Under the pieces are notes generated by a model that was not told where the DNA came from, searched no databases, and worked only from the letters and a program-made list of their open reading frames with translations. The translations under genes and the position numbers were made by a program. Positions 12,058-24,461 of a DNA stretch of 54,828 nt are shown in pieces. Position 1 is the stretch's first letter. Every line of letters starts with the position of its first letter. This DNA comes from Tubiluchus corallicola (taxonomy: Eukaryota > Animalia > Priapulida): the NCBI GenBank assembly GCA_030141605.1, contig JAQGDQ010001214.1, positions 1-54,828 of the forward strand, given 5' to 3'.

Positions 12058-12212
12058 CTTATTCTGTATATATCCTTAAGTTTCCTTCTGAGTTCGTCTT
12101 TTATTAGAGAACATATATTTTTAACTGTCCTCTAATAAAAGACGAACTCAGAAGGAAACTTGAAACTGCACTTCCATCTGGGCAACTTAGGGATATATAT
12201 ATACAGAATAAG
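12058..12212. repeat. Short hairpin / inverted repeat
   Basis: 12078-12109 is the exact reverse complement of 12130-12161; imperfect outer arms 12058-12080 and 12186-12212. Confidence 0.9.
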
Positions 12213-12531
12213 AAGTAGAAACACTATATCGGAAAATAAGGACCGAAAATAGTATCGGAAAATATATATTGGAAATTCGGACCGACGTCTCCCTGCTTTT
12301 GTCCAGCAAACCGTGATATGAAGATAGTATTCTTATTTTGAAATTAATTCTGCATTCGGCAGTTTTGTAATCATCAACCATGCAGCAGTGCTGTATCAGT
12401 ACATCATTCGCACTGCCGTAGTTAACATTACAGCCGCCGCAGATTTCATAATCAGGCCGGTTTTTTGTTATTTTTTCTAGAAAAAAAGTTAAAAAACCAC
12501 AGATGCAAATTATTATTATTATTATTATTAC

Positions 12532-12562
<31 letters not shown>

Positions 12563-12775
12563 TTATTATTATTATTATAACTCTATTTTATTATATAAAC
12601 ATACCACATTCTCTTCTCACATGTTTGTTAGCAATAACAGCTTCATTAACGCCATCTAGTACAGATGGCATTCTATAGAAGTTGTTGAAAAACTTTGCGT
12701 CCTGAAAGTTCTGCATTCACTACCAAAATGTTACTAATAAAACATTCATCCGCCTATAAACTTAACCACACTCAC

Positions 12776-12975
12776 CCAGAGTTTACCCAGATCTCCAAGA
12801 TGGCTGACGTATTTGTACGAATCGGCAATCGTCTGCGCGTGACCTTCTCTCAGAAGCTTATGAAGAGTGTAGCAAAACTTCCAGCAAACTATGGGATTAC
12901 CCTGCAGGGGGAGCTTTGTGGATATGTTCCAAAACGTGCTAGCACTCTTCTCGTGAAAAGTGCCGATTATCGCCA
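12776..12975 (-). CDS. HIP1: HIP1 coding exon 3
   Basis: (M)AIIGTFHEKSASTFWNISTKLPLQGNPIVCWKFCYTLHKLLREGHAQTIADSYKYVSHLGDLGKLW|GTGAGT. 200 nt, phase 1 to 0; ANTH motif CWKFCxxxHKLLRxGH. Confidence 0.95.
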
Positions 12976-13119
12976 CTAGAGGGTGCATAGTTAAGGAAAG
13001 ATAAAGTATTGCAAACAACACAAAGCACACTTTGTGGTCATGAAAATGCACTACAAACATTGGCTATTGAAACGCATTTAAGAAAAAATGTGGAACAAAA
13101 AATGAAAAGTGAAATGAAA

Positions 13120-13768
13120 TAGCAAGATCGTCCAGAAGTCGACAATCAAACTTTCTAGCTATTCACGTATCCTGAATCTCCATTTCATGAAGATCATTTT
13201 GATACCAAGTTCATTGCTCTATGTTATTTCTAAGCTGAGATAATCCATGTTGAAGTTGAGATACAGGCTGCACACTGAAAAACATAATCTTGAGAAAATC
13301 GCTGTTAAAGTTAGCCATTGTTTTTTGTCGCGTGTCTGCAAAACACTTAGCAACCGAACAAATGTTGGTTGCTATGGACTTTGCAAGAACACATTGAAGT
13401 TATGTTTAAATCCAGTAGGTGGCTCTTCCTGACGAAGATCTGGGCTTGACATCAGAAAAAAAACCGAAGCAAAATGACTTCTTCCACGAGCTGCTATTGG
13501 ACCTCGAAAATACGAATTTTTCATAAATGCAGCACTAGTCTCTTGACAGAAAAGTGGGTACTGGGTTATAAAATTAGATTTTTAGTATTTTTTGAACACT
13601 TTCTTGATAATTTGATGTTAGAATATAAAACTCCAACATATTTAGCATTCGTTTTTATAAAAAACAAAAAATTGACATTTATCCAAATCTTTGGAACATT
13701 CTACTTTGAAGCAGAATTTAGATTTAAGTATGCCAACTTATGGACGATTTTGGTTTGCAAGTACACAT
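13120..13768 (+). mobile_element. ~650-bp MITE-like element family R1, copy 1
   Basis: Collinear with 18074-18740 and 50738-51368; imperfect terminal inverted repeats aaaatcgtccataagtcggca / tgccgacttatggacgatttt. Confidence 0.75.
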
Positions 13769-13907
13769 ATAAAATAAAAGAAAAAATAAATAAATAAAAT
13801 AAAATAAAAGAAAAATAAAAGAAAAAATAAAAACACAGTATACATTGCCAAAATCAAACTTCATGCTTTGGTTTATATTCCTACTAATTTTAAATATTTC
13901 TATTTAA

Positions 13908-14520
13908 AAGAAGACAGGGTGATTTTTCATATACTATCCCATTTTCAAGTCTGACAAAAACTATACATTTTAACACAATTAATACTGCAAAAGCATTTCT
14001 CATAATTAAATAGTAGATTAAAAACTTCATTCGCAGCGGGCGAGCCCAGCTGTTCATGACATCACAAACTAACATAATTTTCAACATGAAAAATATTCCA
14101 TGAGCGTGTCACAAGAAAGTGAAAATTGAAGTACAGTGCTACTGTAAGTTATTTAGTGGGTTGTAATAAAACTCAGCATGTTTTTAGCTGAAAATTCAAA
14201 TTTCAAATTCACAGCTGTACTCACGCATGAGATGTCGAACGTGCGTAGTTCGTCACAAACTTAATGCAACTGAACTGAAAGGTACAGAAGCTGTTTCTGT
14301 GCAATGTATTTCCGAAATGCAGGCACTAGTGCCCGGCTAACTAGCGAATGGCAAAATGCACGTAAAAGCGAAGAACTAGTGGTGTGAACGCGAAATTGTA
14401 TTTGTGTAGTAATAATTTTTTCACGTAAGTCATTTTTGAAAAAATAGTGTGTTGCCTTTCAATAATTTTAAAGAGTAGATTGTTTTGACCTACAGTTTAA
14501 GATTGGGTCCAATTTTGTTT
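13908..14520 (+). repeat. Dispersed ~600-bp repeat, copy 2
   Basis: See 4177-4795. Confidence 0.7.
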
Positions 14521-14780
14521 TAACAGTCGTCGGATTGCGGTGGCTTCCCAAAAGTAATGCTAAACAGCCAATCAGCATCTGAAGCCAGGTGCATTCCACA
14601 ATACTGTACTGTATGATATGTTCTGGTGCGAAATCACTTGTAGATCTTTTAATGAAACGCATGTTTAGTTGATTGTTCTGCATTCTTTTAAAATGATTGC
14701 GTATCATGAATTAGTAAGTATTGTGTTTTTAATGAAAACTGGTTTCTAAATATAAGCACATGCTCATTTATGAGAGTGTG

Positions 14781-14824
<44 letters not shown>

Positions 14825-14889
14825 CAAATGTTTCTTCTTCATTTGCACTAATTTCGAGTTCTCCCAAGACGAATCCAGAAAAAAGATAC

Positions 14890-14953
14890 TTCTGACGTGC
14901 TTCTCTTTAACAGGTGTTTCTTGGGCATTGATCGCTTTGCTGATGGCTGCAGT
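14890..14953 (-). CDS. HIP1: HIP1 coding exon 2 (start of ANTH domain)
   Basis: ttttccag|TAAISKAINAQETPVKEKHVR+A|GTATCTTT. Matches the ANTH motif KAINxQExxVKEKHxR; phase 0 to 1. Confidence 0.93.
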
Positions 14954-14976
14954 CTGGAAAACAAAAAAATATTACA

Positions 14977-15898
14977 GAACTTGTGATCAGTGTAATGAGC
15001 AATCTTGAACTTTAATGAGCAATCTTGAACTTGTGATCAGTGTAATGAGCAATCTTGAACTTGTGATCAGTGTAATGAGCAATCTTGAACTTGTGATCAG
15101 TGTAATGAGCAATCTTGAGCTTGTGATCAGTGTAATGAGCAATCTTGAGCTTGTGATCAGTGTAATGAGCAACAACACTTGAACTTGTGATCAGTGTAAT
15201 GAGCAATCTTGAACTTGTGATCAGTGTAATGAGCAATCTTGAACTTGTGATCAGTGTAATGAGCAATCTTGAACTTGTGATCAGTGTAATGAGCAATCTT
15301 GAACTTGTGATCAGTGTAATGAGCAATCTTGAGCTTGTGATCAGTGTAATGAGCAATCTTGAACTTGTGATCAGTGTAATGAGCAATCTTGAGCTTGTGA
15401 TCAGCGTAATGAGCAATCTTGAACTTGTGATCAGTGTAATGAGCAATCTTGAACTTGTGATCAGTGTAATGAGCAATCTTGAACTTGTGATCAGTGAACA
15501 ACTTTACTTGTACGTGTAATGAGCAATCTTTAACTTGTGATCAGTGTAATGAGCAATCTTGAGCTTGTGATCAGTGTAATGAGCAATCTTTAACTTGTGA
15601 TCAGTGTAATGAGCAATCTTTAACTTGTGATCAGTGTAATGAGCAATCTTGAACTTGTGATCAGTGTAATGAGCAATCTTTAACTTGTGATCAGTGTAAT
15701 GAGCAATCTTGAACTTGTGATCAGTGTAATGAGCAATCTTGAACTTGTGATCAGTGTAATGAGCAATCTTTAACTTGTGACCAGTGTAATGAGCAATCTT
15801 GAACTTTTGATCAGTGTAATGAGCAATCTTGAGCTTGTGATCAGTGTAATGAGCAATCTTTAACTTGTGACCAGTGTAATGAGCAATCTTGAGCTTGT
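14977..15898. repeat. 30-bp minisatellite x ~30, abutting the HIP1 exon 2 acceptor
   Basis: Unit gaacttgtgatcagtgtaatgagcaatctt; the array ends 23 nt from the exon boundary at 14953. Confidence 0.95.
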
Positions 15899-16067
15899 TG
15901 GCTAACAGATGATGCACTGACCGGTATAATGCAGGATGCACACTGTAACACATAACAACTTGGTAATAAACAGGGATGAGAATGATAAATTGCAAAAACC
16001 TCTGAAACAGGCCAGGGGTTTTGGGGCCACATTGGGGTTGAAATTGCAATTTTGTGACCATAGAGAG

Positions 16068-16454
16068 CCTCTAAGTGGACTTAAAATATCAATTACCTTG
16101 TTTCATGCATAATTTAAAATACCCAACTATCAAGGATACATGATACCTAATTGTCTCAAAAACGCCTAAGTACTGGCCGCTCCTATGCAAAAGTATATAA
16201 AAACTGTCTGCTATTGACTCAAATAACTCTGCATAATTGATTCTATATTTTTATACATGGAGATATACACGTGGTTACACTGATGTACGTGATGTAAACA
16301 AAGTGACGGCCTGCCAACTAGCAGTCAGCTTGTGAAATAATGTACTAGGTCCGCAAAAATTTTCTCAACGAATTTACGCGATTTACAAAAATGGCACTAC
16401 TGGTCTTCCAAAAACTCGGAATTCCGCGTGTCCGCGGAAAATTCTCATCCGTGT
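16068..16454 (+). repeat. Dispersed ~380-bp repeat, copy 2
   Basis: See 8349-8728. Confidence 0.8.
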
Positions 16455-18073
16455 ACATAGAATTGCACTTTTAAAGCTTACGATTATCGCTTTCAAAATT
16501 TGAAGGTAAAATCTGATCTGCACTTGTATATAATTTTGAAATTTGAATCGTTGTAATTATCTGCACATATTTGTGAAGAGCTCTGCTGAAAAGTTTTTAT
16601 GTTTTACATTTAGTTACTGTATTACTGCATACAGATGTGCACCGTGCAATAAATGCTGAAATAGGTAATACCATTGTCGTCTTAGTATCATTTAAAGTGT
16701 TATTCAAACTCGGTTAAAAATGCCAACTCTCTTTGCAGATTCAAAGTAGGTGGTACAAAGGATGGTATTACATACACCACGCAGATAGTAACTATACTCA
16801 AACTGGACAATGTCCATTTTTGTACACTTACCGATAGTTTAGGTTTCATCATACTGTTCAGATTGATTTGTTGTACTTTAGTTTAACACATAAATGTAAA
16901 TGAGCCGTAAGTTTGACAGCAAACGGTAAACGTCTATTACAAGCGTATTAAGACTCAATAACAATGGCCCCTATTACTTGTGATATTCACCATCAGCACA
17001 AAATATTCGCTTACAGAACTTATCAACTATTGCACGTGTTTGAAGTACAATCATTTAAACATAGCACACTAGCAGAATAATTAAAATACGCATGTCTTAG
17101 TTCCAAGTAACGCAATTAACGCTTAAATCATAAAGCTGCATTCACATGTTAACACAACTTGCAAACAGTACAAACCAAGCACACTTTTCTGATTGCAAAA
17201 TCAACTTGTGGCACACTGTTCGCTGTTGATCACTTCCTTTGCCGCATTTCCTGTAAATCAACATTTCCACTTGTTTGCTTTGCAGTTTAGAAAGCGTCTA
17301 CAATGCAATGTACCCTGTTGCACAGGCAGTGAATTGCTGTTCTTACTGCCCTACATTCAGTACACTGTTCTAGTATGGAACGAAATAGGATGTGGCGCAC
17401 CGGTGCAGGACACCTGACCATCTGCTCTTGAGAATGCTGTTACTCAGATCATTTGATTCGCAATAAGCTCTACAAATTCGAGTACTGCCGATATTTTGCA
17501 GATTCGGGTAAGATAAGGAAGAAGTACTCAGTTCAAAAAAATTTAAATCCTGTAGGGACAGTTAGTATAGGCGGTATTCCAGAATTTGTATGTAGTTTAG
17601 GAACTAATCCAGTTTAAGAAAATGTCAAAAGGTAGCTAATTAGACTAGCCTTTCTGTGAAATAATTACACGTTCACAGTAAGATGCTGGTAATTTGATAT
17701 TGAAAATTCGGGTTGCACACGTTAATTTAAAACACTCATACGCCAATATATATACATGACAGTCCATACAAAAGATAAAAAACTATTTTAATAAATGTAA
17801 ATCTGCTTTTGTTAACAGGACTGCTTCTACAGCAAGAACGAATTCTCTTTTTCAGTCCTTCTGCAAACTCAAACAGTTTAATGGTAAAAAACCAGAATTT
17901 CCAGGTTCAACTAATCAATAGCAAGCAGAAAGGAAAGGGCATTGTGCCAGAAAATTACAATTACAGAAAATTGTGTTACAGATTAGCATGTCAATAAAGT
18001 CAGCAAAAATTATTTACTATACACAAGAAAATTTGTCTATATAAGATTACCTGCTATTTAAAATTAACTCATA

Positions 18074-18740
18074 CGTGAGTTTGCATAGCAAAATCGTCCA
18101 TAAGTCAGCAATTAAGCTTTTCTAGTTATTCACATGTTCTGAATCTCCATTTCATGAGGATCATTTTGATACCAAGTTTATCGCTCTATGTTATTTCTAA
18201 GCTGAGATAATCCACGTTGAAGTTGAGGTGCAGGCTGCACAATGAAAAACGTAATCTTGAGAAAATTGCTGTTAAAGTCAGCTATTGTTTTTTGCCGCCT
18301 TTCTACAAAACACTTAGCAACCGTATGAAAGTGTGGTTGCTATGGATTTTACAAGAGCAAATGGAAAGTTACGTTTAAATCCAGTAGATGGTATTTCCTC
18401 AGGAAGATCTGGTTTTGTTAAAACAGAAAAAACCCGAAGCAAAATGGTTGCTTCCACGAACTACAATCGGAGTTAGAAAATACAAGTTTTTTTTACAATT
18501 GCAGTACTACTTTCTAGATATAAAAATTAAAAGGAGTTATAAAATTAGAATTTTAGTGTTTTTTTAACATTTTCCTGATAATTTGATGTTAGAATATAAA
18601 AGTCCAATATATGTAGCATTTGCTTTCATTAAGAAAAATCAACATTTGACCAAATTTTTGGTGCTATCTACTTTGAAGCATCATAGCGTAGTTTTAACTG
18701 TGCCGAATTACAGACGGCTTTGGTTTGCAGGCACACATAT
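18074..18740 (+). mobile_element. MITE-like family R1, copy 2
   Basis: See 13120-13768. Confidence 0.75.
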
Positions 18741-18849
18741 ATATCCTTTTACACTCACAGCTAATTTCTCTTTTAGACAATTACCATCCATTTTTGATTT
18801 ATATATAAGACATAAAACACTGAATTAAACAATTTCGGCAGAAGGTAAC

Positions 18850-18912
18850 TTAGAGTTACGCCTCTTTTTGCTCCCGTTGGTTTAGAGTTACGCCTCTTTT
18901 TACTCCCGTTGG
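18850..18912. repeat. Two-copy ~32-bp direct repeat
   Basis: ttagagttacgcctcttttt(g/a)ctcccgttgg twice. Confidence 0.85.
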
Positions 18913-19840
18913 TAATCACGTGGTTTTGACAGAGTGCAATGTAAGAGTTTGCAATCTTAGTATAACTATCTACAAAAAAGCAATTATTATTCTTTAGAGA
19001 AAAAACTTTGAAAATTTATTTACAAGTAAAGTAAAATTCAACAGAAATAAACACATCTACAAGACTTGAGAACAAATGCAGGCCTAGCAAAATGAAAATT
19101 TTGATACGTTTTCTCACAAAGTTAGAGATAGCAGTGGTCAGCAAGGTAAGTTCTCTCTAAATGAACTACCTAGATTAAAAAGATTAGAACAGATTTCTTG
19201 GCGAAGCTTACACAAACACAAAAAACTTGATGTTTACAATAATGACAAAAAAATTTTCATTAAAAAACTGGCAGAAAAAACCTGACCGTATGGTAAACAA
19301 AAAGAACTGCATTTAGCATAACCACTCTGAATGGTTTACTAAATGCAGTCTGAGTGTATCTGTGTTGAAATTTGTCTTGAACAATAACTAGATCACAAAC
19401 TGTGCACAAATCATTTTTTCTTTTCCAATCACAATGTTGCATACAACTTACAACACTTTCTTACCCCCTTTCCTTGTCACCTGCATCATTTTTGGCTGCG
19501 TTAAATTCGAAAGTTACGACTCAACTCAAATCCGCATAAACCTGGTTGGCAGTTTTTTTATTGTACTTTTATTCACAGCTACGAAAACTGGAAGAAAACC
19601 ACCGAAATGGTAGTAATGTGCGGACGTTGGTTTAAATTCAAAAGTCGACTTTCTTCCTCACATGACTTGACGAACTATCGACAAAATCAATAAGTCAATT
19701 AATCGTTAATAAAAGTTAAATCGACGGTTCTGTTCTGTGCAGGTACTTTTCACAGCGCGCCCTGGTGTTAATCATCACAATCCTCATGCATTTGTTAGAG
19801 TCGCTTAGATAAAAATTTTGCCTAGTCAGTACGAACTGGA

Positions 19841-20379
19841 TTTGCTGTTGGCATCCTTCTGTCTCGGAAGACAATGGAGTGTGCGCCAAGAGAGTCAGTT
19901 ATTGATCACATTGATGGAGCTGCAGCATCGACTGTGGCTGAGCAGTCCGATCCTTGAACGTCTCCAGGATGCACGCCTGGGAAATGTGTATTAAGATCCT
20001 GAGTTGCCCAGACAACAGGAACCCCCTCTCTTCCTCCCTGGTGTAGTCCAAAGGAAAACGGAGCGATACGTTTGGCACCAGGTTGGCCGCAGGAGCTGCC
20101 GGAGTCAGTGAGCATGCTGCACTGGTCCGCCTTCGGGGCTCCACTCCTGATCTGGAAGGTTTACTCCTCTACACATGGCAGTTGTGTCACTTGACCTCCT
20201 CCGCCCTCTAGCCGTTGGCTGCTTGTGCAGCTCCTCCGCCTAGTGTCGAGATACAGTGTGGGCATCCCACAAGCCTACAGCACCTGGTATTCCTAGGCAG
20301 TCACCCATCCAAGTACTAACCAGGCTCTGCGTTGATTAACTTCGGTGATCAGACGAGAACAGGTGATATGGCCGTAGCC
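19841..20379 (-). mobile_element. 5S-rRNA-headed SINE (SINE3-type) with GC-rich, probably RTE-derived body and tail
   Basis: 5S head at 20271-20379 joined without an oligo-T terminator to ~430 nt of GC-rich sequence ending CCATTGTCTTCCGAGACAGAAGGATGCCAACAGCAAA. The ending resembles RTE-clade LINE 3' ends as I recall them. Confidence 0.62.
20271..20379 (-). pseudogene. 5S rRNA-derived sequence (pseudogene / SINE head)
   Basis: GGCTACGGCCATATCACC..TCTCGTCTGATCACCGAAGTTAA..GCCTGGTTAGTACTTGGATGGGTGAC..GGAATACCAGGTGCTGTAGGCTT. About 10 nt are deleted near the 5' end; internal promoter boxes are recognisable. Confidence 0.88.
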
Positions 20380-21649
20380 GATGCACTGGATAGGCAGGAT
20401 ATACGTCAGTATGAGAAGAACAAGAAAGGTGTAAGTGGATTAAAAATATTTAGACACTTCACTGACAGATCTAAATCACAGAGATAAGCCTAAACTACAC
20501 TAGAGTATCGTTTGTAGAGACGTCTAAGTGCATAAACTAATTCTGTCGTTGCGTGAGGTTGCAACAAATTGACCTTAATAGTCAGTGTTCTGAAGGATCA
20601 AGTGGACTAAACATAAGTTATGAGCTGGCTGTTAAGTTGACCACAGAAAGTCAAACTGAATGCAAAGTTTGCAAAGTTGTTGGCTTCATTTACGAGACAG
20701 CATGTAAGTCCACATTTCCCTAGCGTACGAGTCATATGGGAGAGATGTAATGTGGTTTGTACGTATCACCTTTTTTGTACATTTTTGTTGCGACTTATTT
20801 AAAAAAATTGTCATTCAGATTATAACTTTCATTAATCGTGCACCACTATGACATATTAACTACCTTTCACTGTCGTGAAGTTTGGGCTTCACGATTCACC
20901 CGCCGTAAAGAAGCCATTGTGAATTAATTTACGTATAGCTGTAGGAACTGGTTTGAGGAGTTAACCTAGTTAAAAGAAGTTAGTTAGTTGTTGAGTTGAT
21001 ATGAAACAGAAAACATGTATATTGCGCTTTCGTAAAAAGAATAAATTTAGCGTTATGGCAGAAGGAAAAGTTCTCGTTTTTCTTTTACTGTCGTCGCAAA
21101 AGTCACCACGACATTCACTGCTTTCATTTCTCGTTTTGGTTTTCATTCAAGTTTCCTAAAATTTCTTACACTATTTCAGATTCTTTTAGATTTAAATTTA
21201 TTATTTGCTGTGACTAATTTATTCAGGAATTTTGTAAAAAATTTCTGCACCCGCAGCTATACTGCCTATAGATACGTCTTCAGCCATAACAGATTTTTAA
21301 TCATTAAGTATAAATAATTCTTTAGTACTTGAGAAAGTGTGTTTTAAAAAACATCTGCCTCTGATCCAAATCTGTTTTAAAGCACAACAATTCTTTTAAT
21401 CAAAGTCACCATCGAAACAAATCTGACTTTCACATTTGAAAATAAAGAAACACCCTAATGTTTGCAGAGCGGCAAATGGCAATTATAGCAGCCAATCTAG
21501 CTGTTTTTGACAACGGCAAATACAAGAAAACAGATCTTTTGACAAGGAAGAGAGGCGCAAAAACTTGACTTAAACAAATCACTTTATTTACTATAACTAA
21601 CGAACTTTACTACAGGGCTAAATTTGGTTTGTAGTAAAATATGCTATAC

Positions 21650-21745
21650 CTGAGTCTTTTCAAACTGCTCGCGTTCAACATCCAAGCTAGTTTGTCCACG
21701 CCTCTGAGTAAGAACTCTAGTCAAGCCAGTATTGTGGGAGGCCAT
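21650..21745 (-). CDS. HIP1: Huntingtin-interacting protein 1 (HIP1/HIP1R/Sla2 family), coding exon 1
   Basis: MASHNTGLTRVLTQRRGQTSLDVEREQFEKTQ, 96 nt, ends CAG|GTATAG (phase 0). Resembles the HIP1/HIP1R N-terminus (..ERExFExTQ). An AG acceptor lies 6 nt upstream of the ATG. Confidence 0.88.
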
Positions 21746-24461
21746 CTTCACCTAGTTGTGCGGAGAAAACTAAAATGAGATAATCAGGCCCACGATAGTA
21801 TTGTGAAATGTTTGGAAGAAATGTGATCCAATCTGTTTCTCCAATTCCTAAATTGCATTAACATCACCTCATTGTAACACTTGCAGCTGCAGCATGATCA
21901 TTGTGCACTAACCACTAATGCAGCTTGAGTCTCACATCCAGCAGGTTTTACAGGTCCAGTCCTACAGGTTTTGCCACAGTTTTTGCGATACAAGTTCAAT
22001 TAATGAGAACGAGAAAATCTCAGAGGCAGGTCTCCAAAGATTCACATAACGGCATAACATCAAGTTGAAAACCAAAAAAACAAAACAAACTTAAAAAAAT
22101 TTTGATTAAACAGACATGATGATTTTCTCTTGTACTTGTGCCGCCCTCTAATGGCAGCCAAACACAATATAATAAAGACCGGGGTTTCCTTGCGACTCGT
22201 ACAATAGAGCAGACAGAGACATATCTATCGGTCATATGTACTACACATCGTAGATGTCAAATTTGTGTTTAATTAAGCTTTGCGCAGTTTAGTAAAAAGC
22301 AATTGGCATAACAAATTCGCTGCTGTACATTAAATTCAACTATAGATATAAATCTAAATGGTACAATTCAAATAAACTTAAACATGAACGTTGAGTTCAG
22401 CTACTATTGATGCTTTGATTGAAATGTGAAGAAATGAAAATTTAAAGCAACTTGTTCTTGAAAATTTACATTTAATCTCACATTGCGTTGGAGAAACTTG
22501 AATTTTCCATGAAGAGGATGAAAGTTTTCAGTCACAATTTTCTTTAAGAATAAGATGGGAACAGGCCGTACACTAAAATATCATGTAATAATTAGTTCTA
22601 TCAGTGACTCATTTTAGTTTTTTTTAAATATTACTTCGACAATATCAAAAATGCATCCCGAATCTTATTTAAAACGTATTTATAACAAGATGCCAGCGGA
22701 CATGATGATTTCAGAAATCTATAAAACGCCTCACAGGGTGGAGTATCAATAAAAATTACAATGAACAGTAAAGAAATAGAGCAATATAGAAGAAAAATGG
22801 AATAATTGATCTTCAAAGTTTCAATACAAGTGTAAAAGTATAAAAAATATGAGATGTTGAGAGGCACGTATGCATAATTATTTGTATGCTGGAGGGCTAC
22901 GCTTTTTAAACTGGGAAAACAGTCACACATTACTTCTGCATCGTATTACTGATAAATCAGTTCTAAAAATTGCATTTTAATGTGCATTTAGATCAGGCAT
23001 CAACCTATAGCTGGAGGCTAGACCCTTTCACACGTTTAAGAGTTATATAAGCTCAAAACATAATTTATATAGTAAAATGCCATTAGTGACATCTTATATA
23101 ACAGGGTCTTTGGTGAACAGCCACTGTATGAACCACTCTATATAAAAATACTCAAATCTCTACAAGACAAAGATGAACACCTTAGATTTAAATGTGCAGA
23201 AATAGATTGCTAGCCACACACAAAGGTAAACAATGGTCATTATATTATAATACTAATTCTATCTGTTGATAGTCAAACAATGTGCACAATGTTCTTAAAG
23301 GAAAACCAGACAATTGTTTAGACTCTATCTCATTTTGATTTACTGTCCAAAATACACATTTTCTTGTTATAAAAGTTTCTTATATTTGAATAATCAGCTT
23401 AGAAAGTTAATTAACGGCAAACGAACACAGTTATTACTTACGTCAGAAACTAACCACAGTTTGTACAATGGCAGGCATCTTCCGTTGTGCAACAAGCACA
23501 TTTGCGTAAGTGTTACAGTACTGCTTAAATGCGTGATGTCACGAAAATGGGCTCTACGCCATATAACGTCAGAAACTAAGTGTAGTTTATGATCACTGTT
23601 ATCATGGTACCGCCTTTTACTTGTCGGCCATGCGCATGTAACAAGAAGGTGCTGTTGCCAATCTTAGTAGATTCACTGAGCCGCACGTAGCTTTGAAAGT
23701 TCAACAAAATTTGAGTGTCCGAGGTAATCATTACTTAATCTAAGCTTTGCTTTAAAATAAGCTATTGTAGTTTTCAATATTTTAGAGCATTCTTTATTCT
23801 GATTTGTTTACACAAGTGTCCGGTTTTCCTTTAAGAAAAATTAAAAAACTGCATTTGATTTGTTATGCAAAAACAGTCCTTAATCGGCAAACTTGCAAAG
23901 AATTGACCGATGTTGCGGGCAAGCAATGTCTTTCTGAGCACGTGTCATTTAAATCTATGACCCAACGCAAATTTGTTGGCGTGTCAAGATATTTGATAGT
24001 ATTACATTGTGATTTAGTGTGAGCATTACACAGAGATGACTATAAGCCTCGTCGGTTCAATGTTTTCTTTCAAGTGACAACTGTGAATCGACAATTAAGA
24101 TTTGGCTAACGTTTTTTTATTTTTGTTTAATTTTACATTAAAATACTGTTGGAACTTTCACACACGTGGAATGTCCAATCTTGCTAAATTACATTTTTAA
24201 AAACTGCTTATAACAACAATTTAATAATTGCCAAAACAAGGTCAACAAATAACAAAAGATTTTTTTTGTCAGTACACATATTTAGTATATTATTTTGTCA
24301 ACGTAGTCACATACAAAAATTGTAAGTGTGCCTTCTCAAATTTAAAAAAGCATAATTTGAATAAAAACAAAATCATTTTTCTGAAAACATTTATCCGTGT
24401 CGGGAGCGGGAAGCAATATTAAAAGGCATACTAACGACCATAAATAATTGTTTACTAACTA

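Larger units (their letters stand above)
12976..14889 (-). other. U12-type (minor spliceosome) GT-AG intron of HIP1
   Basis: 5' splice site GTATCTTT (U12 consensus RTATCCTT). Branch site TTCCTTAAC at 12990-12998, followed by only 14 nt to the exon boundary. Confidence 0.85.

Noticed and set aside
14987-16061. Long ORFs with ISVMSNLELV / KIAHYTDHKF / LLITLITSSR repeats
   Set aside because: By-products of a stop-free 30-bp intronic minisatellite.
20271-20379. Functional 5S rRNA gene
   Set aside because: Internal deletion, substitutions, no oligo-T terminator, single copy fused to other sequence.
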